Program-made: the position numbers and the translations under genes
Notes under the pieces: generated by a model
The model's database searches: none
What the model was told of the DNA's origin: nothing
Seen by the model: only the letters and a program-made list of their open reading frames with translations
Shown: positions 34,697-44,389 of the stretch, in pieces
Numbering within the stretch: position 1 is the stretch's first letter
Layout: the number at the start of each line of letters is the position of its first letter
DNA from: Eubacteriales bacterium
Lineage (GTDB): Bacteria; Bacillota; Clostridia; Oscillospirales; CAG-382
NCBI GenBank assembly: GCA_045644305.1
Contig: JAZRGS010000031.1
Location: forward strand, 3,722 to 67,721
DNA length: 64,000 bases
Reading direction: 5' to 3'

Positions 34697-35206
34697 GTGC
34701 GCGAGCTCGTCGTGTTCGCCATGCTCGGCACCGTGATGTTCATTTCGAAAATACTTATGGAGGCGCTTCCCAACATTCACCTGCTCGGAATGTTGACGAT
34801 GGTTTACACCATTATCTTTCGTAAAAAAGCGCTTATACCGATCTACCTTTACGTTTTTCTCAACGGCGTTTATGCAGGCTTTAACCTGTGGTGGTTCCCC
34901 TACCTTTATATTTGGCCGCTTCTTTGGGGGGTAACCATGTTGTTGCCGAAAAATATGTCCAAAAGGGTCGCTCGCGTCGTATATCCCATCGTTTGCGCCG
35001 CACACGGCCTCTTATTCGGCATACTTTACGCCCCCGCACAGGCGTTGATGTTTCACCTGAGCTTTAAGCAAATGCTCCTTTGGATATTGGGAGGCGTACC
35101 CTTTGACATTCTGCAAACGGTCGGCAATTTCTGCGCAGGCTTGCTTGTATTTCCGTTAAGCGAAGCCTTGAAAAGGGTTTTCAAAGCCCAAGCAAAAGAG
35201 GTATAA
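34697..35206 (+). CDS. ECF-transporter S (substrate-capture) component-like membrane protein
   Basis: About 6 TM segments. The start is ambiguous: GTG at 34697 or the later ATG at 34727. No EcfA or EcfT genes are adjacent. Confidence 0.5.
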   Translation: MRELVVFAMLGTVMFISKILMEALPNIHLLGMLTMVYTIIFRKKALIPIYLYVFLNGVYAGFNLWWFPYLYIWPLLWGVTMLLPKNMSKRVARVVYPIVCAAHGLLFGILYAPAQALMFHLSFKQMLLWILGGVPFDILQTVGNFCAGLLVFPLSEALKRVFKAQAKEV

Positions 35207-35237
35207 CCTCGATTCCATTGTTAAAAAGCATTTCATC

Positions 35238-35279
35238 AAAAAACTGCGATATACAAAACGTATACTCGCAGTTTTTTCT
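35238..35279. terminator. Bidirectional terminator (near-copy of 16472-16510)
   Basis: aaaaaactgcgatatac-aaaac-gtatactcgcagtttttt. Confidence 0.7.
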
Positions 35280-35311
35280 TTGACTTTGTTTTGGGATTTT
35301 TTAGTCAATTT

Positions 35312-35977
35312 TCAGGATATCTTGTCACAATACACCGTCACACGGGTCGCACCGCCGTAGGTGCAGGTAAACAACGTCAGATCAAAAGCACCATCGGTTA
35401 TTTCTTCCACCGCAGTCGGCTCTAAAATATCCTTGGCAACCACCTTATAGCTTGTGGTTACGCCATCCATATCCGTAAAGGAAATACTATCGCCGATATT
35501 CAGCTGCGAAAGCCTTCCGAAATGGCTTTTGTAATTATGTGCCATAAGCACCAAATCTTCTCCGCGAACGCTTCCGTTATAACGGCAAGGCGCAATTTTA
35601 AGCTGAGGATAGCTCCAGTCGCTCATTATCGGCAGCTCCAAATCAAGCGCAGGGATAGACAAATATCCGATATAAGCATAACCGTCGATCTCTATCTCGG
35701 TCATTTTCTTATCCTCTTCGGTCAGCAGGTCCACGGGAATTTGCAGATCTAAATCCAACTCTCCCTCTTTCTCGGGGACGGTCGGCTCCTTGACGGTATT
35801 TTCCCGTATCTGCTCGACAAGCTGCGGAAGCACGTCGGCGGCGGCATTTCCCGCTTCGGCATCCTGATGCATATTGAAAAGCACCAAGAATGACGTGCCT
35901 AACAAAAGTAACGTGCCGAGAATTATGCAAATAACTCCTATTTTACTTTTCACGTTCGCATCTCTTTCTGCCCGCAC
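35312..35977 (-). CDS. Sortase (second sortase of the pilus operon)
   Basis: N-terminal TM segment, LVLMAHN (His), TLFTCT (catalytic Cys) and RVTVYC (Arg). Confidence 0.8.
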   Translation of the reverse strand: MRAERDANVKSKIGVICIILGTLLLLGTSFLVLFNMHQDAEAGNAAADVLPQLVEQIRENTVKEPTVPEKEGELDLDLQIPVDLLTEEDKKMTEIEIDGYAYIGYLSIPALDLELPIMSDWSYPQLKIAPCRYNGSVRGEDLVLMAHNYKSHFGRLSQLNIGDSISFTDMDGVTTSYKVVAKDILEPTAVEEITDGAFDLTLFTCTYGGATRVTVYCDKIS

Positions 35978-36641
35978 ACAAGATCCAACCCACTATCAGC
36001 AAAACCGCACCTGTAATCGCCATTACGGGAACCGGCCAATTAAGCTGACCCGTTTGGGGTATATCGGGAGGTGGAGGTGGTGGCGGCGGTGTTGGAGGCG
36101 TCGGTTCGGTCTCAAAGGGGACCTTGGGATCGGCTTCGACGTCGAACAGATAACGATCGTTTTCCCACTTGGGGATAGAGATCAAGAACGGCGCGATAGC
36201 ATCATAGCCCTCGGATGCGTCCTCGCTGCCCTGCCAAACCAAATACAAGCCTGCATCCAAATCGGCAAAGCGAACCTCGCCATCCTCAATAGGCTTTGAT
36301 AAATATTCGTCAAAAACGCCTTGCGCGCAATCTAATAATTTTTTCACCTGATCAACGTCGTTCAAATTATCCGTGTCAAGCGTCGCGCCCTCAAGGGCAA
36401 GCGCGTCCAAAAGCTTGAAATCGTAGTTCTGTTCCGATACGCGCTCAATTGTCGCCACGTAATACAAATTAAGGTTGCCGTTATCCAAGGGCACGCCCTC
36501 TGCGTCCATGGTAAAGGTCAAGCTTCCCTTTTGGGTCAAATCGGGCAAGGTCGATAGGTCTTCCTCTATCGCGGAGGCGCCGACTGCAAAGACAAATAGC
36601 AGGCTCAATGCCAGAAAAGCAACAAATATTCGTTTGTTCAT
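35943..36641 (-). CDS. Minor (basal-type) pilin with IPQTG sorting signal
   Basis: Signal peptide, Pro-rich PTPPTPPPPPPPPD, then IPQTG, a hydrophobic segment and RKR. Confidence 0.7.
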   Translation of the reverse strand: MNKRIFVAFLALSLLFVFAVGASAIEEDLSTLPDLTQKGSLTFTMDAEGVPLDNGNLNLYYVATIERVSEQNYDFKLLDALALEGATLDTDNLNDVDQVKKLLDCAQGVFDEYLSKPIEDGEVRFADLDAGLYLVWQGSEDASEGYDAIAPFLISIPKWENDRYLFDVEADPKVPFETEPTPPTPPPPPPPPDIPQTGQLNWPVPVMAITGAVLLIVGWILCAGRKRCEREK

Positions 36642-37468
36642 CAGTCGTTCCTCCTTTTTTTGGATTTGGGTATCAGCATAGCGATCAACAGCAAAAGCAA
36701 CATGGGAATAGCCAGCATAGGCGCAACGATAACCGGTCTGATTTGGGTCGCATCGGCGGTTGCGCGAACAACTATCGCCTCTTCCTGATTCTCGACACGG
36801 TGACCGCGAACCAGCAATCGATGCGAATTAACGCCGTAAGGAGTACAGGTGAGAAGAGTGCAAAGATCCTCTCCCTCTACTATTTGAAGCGGGTCCGTCT
36901 CATGAGGCGAAACGATCGAAATTTGATCCACCTCATAGGTAAGCACCTCGTCAAGCACACGAAGGACAAATACGTCGCCCTCTGTCATCTTATCCAAGTC
37001 GGTAAACAATCTGGCGCTCGGAAGTCCGCGGTGACCCGAGATAACGCAATGGGTGCTTTCGCCGCCTATGGGCAGACTCGTCCACTCCAAATGTCCCACG
37101 GTTACCTGCAAAATAGATTCGTTTGTGCCGTGATATATAGGCAGAACAACACCGATCGAGGGTACCTCGATATAGCCCATAATACCAAGACCGCCAATAT
37201 CCAAAACCTGATAATATGCGTTTCTTTGCTCCTCGCTTAGCACATACTTATTGTCTCGCAGGTTCAAGGATCTGTTATATTCCTCCGCCTCGTTCCAAAG
37301 GTGTGCATATTGCTCATCGTCGATTTGTGCCACAGCTTCCACGTAGGAAGCAACGGCACGCGATTGGGTCATGTTGTTCCACCAGTTGGAAACCGTTGGG
37401 TACAGCATTAAGGACAAACCTACGATCAACACCAGCAGCAATATGACGGTTGTACCGCGTTTTTTCAT
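36641..37468 (-). CDS. Class C (pilin-polymerising) sortase
   Basis: ISGHRG...TLLTCTPYG...RLLVRG, plus a C-terminal TM anchor. Confidence 0.85.
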   Translation of the reverse strand: MKKRGTTVILLLVLIVGLSLMLYPTVSNWWNNMTQSRAVASYVEAVAQIDDEQYAHLWNEAEEYNRSLNLRDNKYVLSEEQRNAYYQVLDIGGLGIMGYIEVPSIGVVLPIYHGTNESILQVTVGHLEWTSLPIGGESTHCVISGHRGLPSARLFTDLDKMTEGDVFVLRVLDEVLTYEVDQISIVSPHETDPLQIVEGEDLCTLLTCTPYGVNSHRLLVRGHRVENQEEAIVVRATADATQIRPVIVAPMLAIPMLLLLLIAMLIPKSKKRRND

Positions 37469-37539
37469 AGGTCTCTCCTTAAGACTGTTCCTTGATGGGA
37501 GGGGTTTTAAGCCCCTCCCACGTTAGATATAAAGATCAA

Positions 37540-39114
37540 TTAGTCAGCGTTGGACATACGCTTCTTGGTAACAAGAAGAATAACTGCGCCAACTGCGAGC
37601 AAGCCACCTACGATGTAGAAGATGGTGGTACCGATGCCGCCGGTTTCGGGAAGCTCAATACCGCTCTTGTTGATAACGTCGGTATCGATGATACCGGTAT
37701 CCTTGAACTCGCCGGTAGCAAGGTCGCCGCCGGTAAGGCTGGTAAGCTTAGGATCGTCAGCTTCGATATCGTGCTCTGCGGTGATTTCGAATTCAACTGC
37801 ATCCCATGCATTGTAGCCATCGGGAATAGTGGTTTCAACGAGAACGTAAATGCCGTCGTCGATGCCCTCGAAGCCGAAGGTGTCGCCCTCAGCGTCGGTC
37901 TTAACCTCGCAAGCAACAACGTAATATTTGTCGTCAGCCAATGCGGTTGCCTTTACCTTTTCGCCAAGGGTAGCCTTGATTTCTGCGCCGGTCAAAGCAC
38001 CCTCGGTGTCCGCGAGAACTTCCTTATAAAGGGTAAAGCCTGCGCCGGTAAGCTCGTTGCCTTCAAGAACCTCTTCCTTATACTTGTCAACGTTTACCTT
38101 GTAGGTAAATACGATAACTCTGTCCTTGGGGGTTTCAGAGGTGCCGTCGCCGTAAGGATTGTTCGAGAATTCGATGGTCATTTCGTTGGGGTTGCCGGTT
38201 GCGCCGAACTGCGCGCTTTCATTCAAGGTAGAGGTGTAGTTGAAAACGATCTTGTCGCCTGCTTCAAGGGTGATGCCTGCAGCGGTTGCAGCAGCGATGA
38301 TATCGTCGCACTGGATGTGGAAGGTGCAGCCATTAGCGCAAGCGTTTTCTTCGGTGATTGCGGTGTAAACGAAGTCGTCGGTAAGATCCATTTCTTCGTC
38401 GCCGTTTACGGTAACTACAAGGTCGTTATTGTAGGTAAGACCCTCGCACTGAATATCGTGGATGCCTACGAAATAGGTTTCGTATTCGTCAAAGTCGCCG
38501 GGAAGAACGAAGGTGATCTGGAAAGGAACTTCGTCGCCGATATCGTGGTCGGCAGAATCCTGCCATTCGGTATAATCGTCATCAGTGCTGTCGTTGATGT
38601 CCTTAACCTTCTTTTCGGACCAGGGAAGATCTTCCTTGGTATTTACGGTGATTTCATCCTGACCTGCGGTGTCGAGCATAACGAGAGAGTAGGTGTCCTC
38701 ATCAAAGCCTTCAGCAGAACCAAGCTTGGTTTCAACGATGAGGTAATAGCCCTGATCAACGTCTTCAAACTTGTTGGTGTCGGTTTCGTAATCGGGATCC
38801 ATGTTCTTAACGTTTTCGTAGACAGCGTCTGCGAAAACCTGAGTTGCGTCACCGGTCTGTTCTGCCATGTACGCGATGATTTCTTCATCGGTCGCGCCTT
38901 CGCCAACTACAGCCTGAAGTGCTGCACGGTAGGTTTCGTTTACGGTGTAGATAAATTTGCCGTCGCCGACGTCGGTGGCGCTCAAGAGCTTGTAAGCGCC
39001 GTATTCTGCGCCCTCGATGTCTTTGTCATCAACGATGATGGTTGCGGCAAATGCGGTTGTTGCCATAGCAAGCATAAGAGCAACTGCCATAGCTAATGCG
39101 AATAGTTTTTTCAT
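37540..39114 (-). CDS. Major pilin (backbone fimbrial subunit), LPETG
   Basis: Signal peptide, E-box YVLVETTIPDGY, then LPETGG, a TM segment and KKR. Confidence 0.8.
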   Translation of the reverse strand: MKKLFALAMAVALMLAMATTAFAATIIVDDKDIEGAEYGAYKLLSATDVGDGKFIYTVNETYRAALQAVVGEGATDEEIIAYMAEQTGDATQVFADAVYENVKNMDPDYETDTNKFEDVDQGYYLIVETKLGSAEGFDEDTYSLVMLDTAGQDEITVNTKEDLPWSEKKVKDINDSTDDDYTEWQDSADHDIGDEVPFQITFVLPGDFDEYETYFVGIHDIQCEGLTYNNDLVVTVNGDEEMDLTDDFVYTAITEENACANGCTFHIQCDDIIAAATAAGITLEAGDKIVFNYTSTLNESAQFGATGNPNEMTIEFSNNPYGDGTSETPKDRVIVFTYKVNVDKYKEEVLEGNELTGAGFTLYKEVLADTEGALTGAEIKATLGEKVKATALADDKYYVVACEVKTDAEGDTFGFEGIDDGIYVLVETTIPDGYNAWDAVEFEITAEHDIEADDPKLTSLTGGDLATGEFKDTGIIDTDVINKSGIELPETGGIGTTIFYIVGGLLAVGAVILLVTKKRMSNAD

Positions 39115-39181
39115 GTTTTTTGCTTCCTTTTTATTTTTTTCTTTTTTTCTTTTTTAAACATTGGTAGAAACTTGAATCGAT

Positions 39182-42100
39182 TCAGGAGAATTCGTAATCC
39201 TCCCTTCTGTCGTTCCTTTTATACATCAAGAGAATTGCCGCCGTGAGCACCAACAGCAAGCCTCCAATGGTGTACCAAGCTGTACCCACGCCACCCGTTC
39301 TCGGCAGCTCGTAGGTTGCCTGATTGTAAATGGGGAGCTCGACCTCTTGTCCGTTTTCAAAAATCAGCTCATAAGGAGCGCTGATCAGGGTCACCTGCCC
39401 CGTCTCTGCCTCTACCGTAAACACGATCGGCTCGCTGAGCCCAACGTAGCCGTCCGGCGCGACCCTTTCGAGCAGATAATAGGTTCCGCTGAAAAGATCC
39501 TCGATCCGATAACCGCCGCTTTCGCTTTGTAAGCCCTCCGAGGTCCAGCTGCCGATTAGCGTTCCGAGCTGATCGGTACCGGGAATCGTTATATCTCCGT
39601 TTTCGGAAAGCATATAGAGCTCAAGCTCTGCGCCTGCTAACACCGTGGGTTCGTTGTTAGAGCCTACCGCATACTTAACAAAGCGGAAGGTGATCGCCGC
39701 AGGTAGCTTCGTATTGGTCACGATGTAATGGGCTTCACCCCAGCCGCCGTCGTTTGAGGAACGCTCATAGACGGTAAACCTTGTCGCGCTCGAGGTACTC
39801 GAGGTAGCAGAAGCCGTACCGTTGCTTCCTATGGTTGAAAAATAACGATAGGAATAGTTGCTTCCCGCACGCAGGTAACGGTTGGTATAGGTAATATCGG
39901 TTCCGCTATTAGACGCGGTAAAGGTATACGTGAAACCCGAACGGCTTTGATAGAGATATTTTCCGTTTCCGTTGCGCAGTTTACTGCTCGAATAGGTCCA
40001 AAGCAGTGAATTATCTGCCGCTTGTCCGTTCGCCAACAGCTCGGAAACGTCGGTCCAAGCGAGGCTTGAGCCGTTGACCGTCAACGCCTTATTATCCGAT
40101 ACAAAAAGATACGTGCCGTTGGATTTAAGGCTGTCAACGGGCGTCCAAATGCTATCGGCATCCTCGGGACCTGCCTCGCGCACTGAGGTTTCATAGCCTC
40201 GGATTTTTGCTTCACGAACGGTATATTCAAGCGTTTCGCCAAGCTTGCCGTAAACCGGCAGGTCGTCCCACTTGTAAAACCAATCGTTTGCTTCGCTAAG
40301 CGTTGCTTCGCCAATCTGCACGCCGTTGCAAAGAAGATAAACGGTTACGCTCTCCGTCGGGTCGCCCTCCCACCGTTTTTCTACCGAAACAGAGGTAAGC
40401 GGGCTTTTGGTGTTGGTGATCTGCCAGGTTTCATCATCCAAAAGAATCCCGTCGTCGGTAATATAATAGCCGTCGGGAACCTCAAGCTCCTTAGCCGTGT
40501 AGGTATATCCCTCGGGAAGATCCAACCACATATATTTCCAATTGTTTTCGGCGTTCAGCTCAACGGGATCATTATATGCTTTTCCGTTCTGTAAGAGCTG
40601 TACCAAAATCGATTTCGGTCGGTCGCCTTCGGTATCGCCGACCCACTTTTTGACTACCTCAAAGCCCTTGGGCGTATTTGTAATGGTGAAGTTTCCTTCG
40701 TTCTCTTCCACGCTTGATTCGAAGCCGGGAACCGCCACCTCTTTGATTGTATATTTGCTTCCTTCAGGCAGGTTGTCTACGTAGACGGTAGGCCAAATTT
40801 CCCTGCCGGATTCGTCAATTGTAGGATAAATGGTAATGGGATCGCCGTAAGCGACGCCGTCTTTATACACCTGAACCGTAATGAATTCGGGGTGCTTTAC
40901 GTTACCGTCGTCGTCCCATACCTTGGTGATGGAAATAGATTCGGTATCCGGATCACCGCCGATCTCGATCGCGCCGTTACAGCCGATGCCGCCACCGTCA
41001 ACACCTGCATGATTGCCCGTGATGATAACCGTAGCCAACGGCAAGCCCGCCTGTACGCTTGCGCTGTTATCGGTAAGTGAGTTATCGTAATAATAGCTCG
41101 ATTTGCTCCAAGAATAGGTACCGCCGCCAAGCATCGTGTTACCTACAATAGATACGTCACCCTGCAGGTACATTTCATTACCGTTTTTGCTTGCGGTATT
41201 TCCGTAGATCAAAGTACCGTCCAACACCACGCTGGCGTTAACCGTACCCGACGAGGTAGAGCAGGTTGCGATACCTCCGCCGTAATAGCCCGCCGTGTTA
41301 TCGGTAATCAGCACACGGTGAATCTTGGCATAACCGGGAACGCCTGCATAATTTCCTCTGCTATCGGTCTGCTTGGCATCCAAATAAATAGCGCCGCCGC
41401 TGAATACCGTCCACGATTTACTGCTGTCTCCCGGCTGATACTCTGTACCGTTTGCGGTGTTGTCGGTAAAATAACCTGCCGAGATTTCGGCAGATCTGCC
41501 TGCCGTTATGTTCAGACCGCCACCCGTAGAGGTTGCCAGATTACCAGTAAAGGTACCGCCTGTCATGTTAAAGAACGTGATGTAAGAAGAAATCGCCGAT
41601 CCGTTATTGCGGTTCAACCAACCAAGCGAAACACCGCCGCCCTCACGGGAGGTTTGGTTATAAGAGATGGTACCGCCACTCATATTCATCGTGACGTAGT
41701 CGCCCACGTAAACGCCGCCACCTGCATTTTTATGGTAGCTTTTGTGGCCCGAATTGGGAACCGGTACTATGTCTCTTGCATAGTTGTAGGTTATCGTACC
41801 GCCGCTTAGATTAAAGGTGATCTGATTGGTGTCGGCGCTTTCTATATAAATACCGCCGCCGCACAAAGCCTCGCAATAGCGGATCGTGCCGCCGTCCATC
41901 GTCAGATTACCCTGACAATAAACAGCACCGCCAAGTCCTATATATCCGCTTTCGGTAAACGTCGAGCCGTTACTACTCGTGTTGGGCTTGTTGGAATTGT
42001 ATTCCAATACCGCCCCTTCGCTGATGTAAAGCGACGCACCGCTTTCCACCACGATAATCGGCGCCTTGGCGCTACCGCTTGCATAGGTGGTATTGGTAGC

Positions 42101-43753
42101 AATATTCGAGCTGCTCGGCGTGCCGCTGCCACCGTTGATAGTGATGTTTTTAAGCGTCAAGCTTCCGCCCGAAACGGTTATCAACGGCCCCGTAAAGCTC
42201 GATTGTCGCTTAATGGTAACGCTGTTGGTCATTTCCCATACCTGAGTATCGCTGACCGTCACCGTTCCCGTAATATAAATAGTTCCGCCCTCTTTGACAA
42301 GCATCAAGGCGCGTTCAAGCGTTTTTACCGCCGCATTTGAGCTTGTGCCCGAATTGCTGTCTTTGCCGCTGCTACCGTTGAGATAAACCGTGGCAGAATT
42401 ACCGTTAGCCGTCAAGGCATAGGTCGAGAAATGGTTGGTTTCAAAGTAAACCGCCGTTTCCTCGCTTTGGGTGTTAACACGCTCGGGCTCTCCCTCCTCG
42501 GGAATATAGAAAACGTTGTAGTTTTCATCCGAATTAGGTGTCCAATCGGGAGGTTGAATACTTACCACAAACGGCTTTTCACCGTCCGTCATTTCAATAA
42601 TGCCGCCGCTTTGATCCACGACGGTGATATCGTAAGCCAGCAGAACGTTCTGTCCCTCCAGCGTACCCTCCTTCAGCGTCACGGGATATGCTCTCGCGGT
42701 TGCACCCTCGGGAAGCAGACCCGTAATCGTGATCACCGTTTCATCATCGGATTTCTGCTGTAGCGTTTCATCGGTATAGATAACCGCCTGAATCGTCTGC
42801 TCTGTAGCTCCCGAAATATCATCGGAGCTGCCCAACTCACGCAATTGTCCTTCGGGAACAATGCCGTATCCGAGCAGACAAGGATCAAGTCTTGCATATT
42901 CCCCGCGTGAAACCGCATTAGATCGATTTCCCTCGATGGTGATTATCGAATCCTCGGTGACGGTTTCTACAATACCCACTTGATCTGCACGTCCGTCCTC
43001 ATCCCAATCGAAAAAGACGATATCGCCGATTTGAGGCTCGTGTTGCTTTGTGCTAAAATAGCTGCCCTTCGCAATAAGCTCGCCGATCCAATTATGGCAG
43101 GATGCCTGAAGCGGCACCTCGGGCACCTGTGCATAATTCAAGCAGAACGAAACGAAGGTAGCGCTCCAATCGCCGTAAGGCTCACCATACCATTCGCCGT
43201 AACGGGTATATCCCGCCTTCGTTCGACCGTCCTCTAAAACGAGGTAATTCTTTTCACTTTCTCGGTATCCCAACTGGGTTCGAGCGATCGCAAGCAAATC
43301 CTCACGATGCAAGCCCGTAAGCTCAACGCCCTTAAGGGTGCGCTCCCATTGAGAAGCGCCCTCGACGTCTGCCGTCGGGTCGGAATAGCATTGCAAGCCG
43401 TGTGTATGCTCTTCCTTACCACAGATGACCTCCAAGCCCTTGCATTCCTCTGTGTGGGTATGCTCCGAGTCGGCGGTGAGAGTGCAAATTAATTCGCCCT
43501 CGTCATCAAAGCAAGCATCAGTATGCACGTAATTCTTGCACAACAGAACCTCACGATAGCATTTCTCGCCGTGAGTATGCTCGGGAATACCGCAGAAGCT
43601 GTTTTTTTCTTTAGTAATTGCAGGAAGGATCAGCATATACGTGGTCCAGAACACAACCAGAATTATCATCACGCTTACGATTTTCTTCCATACGCCCTTG
43701 CGCTTTCGGCGTTTTAGCTTTTTATTAACTTCATTTCTGAATTCCTGTTCCAC
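39182..43753 (-). CDS. Giant pilus tip adhesin: signal anchor, EHTH/Cys repeats, CHAP-like domain, Pmp-type beta-helix repeats, Cna-B-like domains, LPRTG
   Basis: AGGAGG lies 7 nt before the GTG at 43753. Features include GGGIY/GGAVY/GGAIY repeats, E-boxes (YYLLERVAPDGY) and a C-terminal LPRTGG-TM-KR. Confidence 0.8.
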   Translation of the reverse strand: MEQEFRNEVNKKLKRRKRKGVWKKIVSVMIILVVFWTTYMLILPAITKEKNSFCGIPEHTHGEKCYREVLLCKNYVHTDACFDDEGELICTLTADSEHTHTEECKGLEVICGKEEHTHGLQCYSDPTADVEGASQWERTLKGVELTGLHREDLLAIARTQLGYRESEKNYLVLEDGRTKAGYTRYGEWYGEPYGDWSATFVSFCLNYAQVPEVPLQASCHNWIGELIAKGSYFSTKQHEPQIGDIVFFDWDEDGRADQVGIVETVTEDSIITIEGNRSNAVSRGEYARLDPCLLGYGIVPEGQLRELGSSDDISGATEQTIQAVIYTDETLQQKSDDETVITITGLLPEGATARAYPVTLKEGTLEGQNVLLAYDITVVDQSGGIIEMTDGEKPFVVSIQPPDWTPNSDENYNVFYIPEEGEPERVNTQSEETAVYFETNHFSTYALTANGNSATVYLNGSSGKDSNSGTSSNAAVKTLERALMLVKEGGTIYITGTVTVSDTQVWEMTNSVTIKRQSSFTGPLITVSGGSLTLKNITINGGSGTPSSSNIATNTTYASGSAKAPIIVVESGASLYISEGAVLEYNSNKPNTSSNGSTFTESGYIGLGGAVYCQGNLTMDGGTIRYCEALCGGGIYIESADTNQITFNLSGGTITYNYARDIVPVPNSGHKSYHKNAGGGVYVGDYVTMNMSGGTISYNQTSREGGGVSLGWLNRNNGSAISSYITFFNMTGGTFTGNLATSTGGGLNITAGRSAEISAGYFTDNTANGTEYQPGDSSKSWTVFSGGAIYLDAKQTDSRGNYAGVPGYAKIHRVLITDNTAGYYGGGIATCSTSSGTVNASVVLDGTLIYGNTASKNGNEMYLQGDVSIVGNTMLGGGTYSWSKSSYYYDNSLTDNSASVQAGLPLATVIITGNHAGVDGGGIGCNGAIEIGGDPDTESISITKVWDDDGNVKHPEFITVQVYKDGVAYGDPITIYPTIDESGREIWPTVYVDNLPEGSKYTIKEVAVPGFESSVEENEGNFTITNTPKGFEVVKKWVGDTEGDRPKSILVQLLQNGKAYNDPVELNAENNWKYMWLDLPEGYTYTAKELEVPDGYYITDDGILLDDETWQITNTKSPLTSVSVEKRWEGDPTESVTVYLLCNGVQIGEATLSEANDWFYKWDDLPVYGKLGETLEYTVREAKIRGYETSVREAGPEDADSIWTPVDSLKSNGTYLFVSDNKALTVNGSSLAWTDVSELLANGQAADNSLLWTYSSSKLRNGNGKYLYQSRSGFTYTFTASNSGTDITYTNRYLRAGSNYSYRYFSTIGSNGTASATSSTSSATRFTVYERSSNDGGWGEAHYIVTNTKLPAAITFRFVKYAVGSNNEPTVLAGAELELYMLSENGDITIPGTDQLGTLIGSWTSEGLQSESGGYRIEDLFSGTYYLLERVAPDGYVGLSEPIVFTVEAETGQVTLISAPYELIFENGQEVELPIYNQATYELPRTGGVGTAWYTIGGLLLVLTAAILLMYKRNDRREDYEFS

Positions 43754-43792
43754 ATGCCGTCCTCCTTTCTTCAATAATTTACAGAGACGCCA

Positions 43793-44389
43793 TTATTCGA
43801 TAGAACCGATCATTTTAAAAGGCCAGACACGGAAAATCAGCTTTCCTACCATCTGCTCTTCGCCAACACAGCCAACGGCGGTGTTTCGCGAATCCACCGA
43901 TACGCTTCGGTGGTCACCCATAACGAAATATCGCGCCTCGGGAACCTGATAAGGAAATTCGATGTTACAATCACCCAAAGCCTTATCGGTTACATAGCTT
44001 TCCTCGAGCAGCTGCATATCCGTGCTGGTTTTTCCCACGTATACGTCCCCCTCGGGGGTAATATTAATCCATTCGCCCGATTGAGCGATGACACGTTTGA
44101 CCAAAACCTTATTGTTGTAATAGAACGCAACCACGTCGCCCGTCTTAAATTCGCGCTGCTTGATAGATATCACGATGTCCTTATCCGTCAACGTCGGGCT
44201 CATCGAATTACTGTAAATCTGCAACACGGGCAACAGCAAGGTCGCCATAAGAACCGCAATCGCCGCGACGGTAATAAGCGTATAGACGGTGCTCTTAAGC
44301 ACTCTGCGATAGCGTGCACGGTATTTTGTACGAGCAAGCTCGGCTTCTATCAGCTCGATGTCGGGCTGTGTCAATTTATCTTTTTTCAT
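43793..44389 (-). CDS. Type I signal peptidase
   Basis: SNSMSPTL (Ser box), KRV (Lys box) and GDHRSVSVDSR. Confidence 0.85.
   Translation of the reverse strand: MKKDKLTQPDIELIEAELARTKYRARYRRVLKSTVYTLITVAAIAVLMATLLLPVLQIYSNSMSPTLTDKDIVISIKQREFKTGDVVAFYYNNKVLVKRVIAQSGEWINITPEGDVYVGKTSTDMQLLEESYVTDKALGDCNIEFPYQVPEARYFVMGDHRSVSVDSRNTAVGCVGEEQMVGKLIFRVWPFKMIGSIE

Noticed and set aside
36040-36100. A GC-rich ggtggaggtggtggcggcggtgttggaggc tract as a possible G-quadruplex or regulatory repeat.
   Set aside because: It is the antisense of the in-frame poly-proline linker (PTPPTPPPPPPPPD) of the minor pilin. The coding explanation is sufficient.
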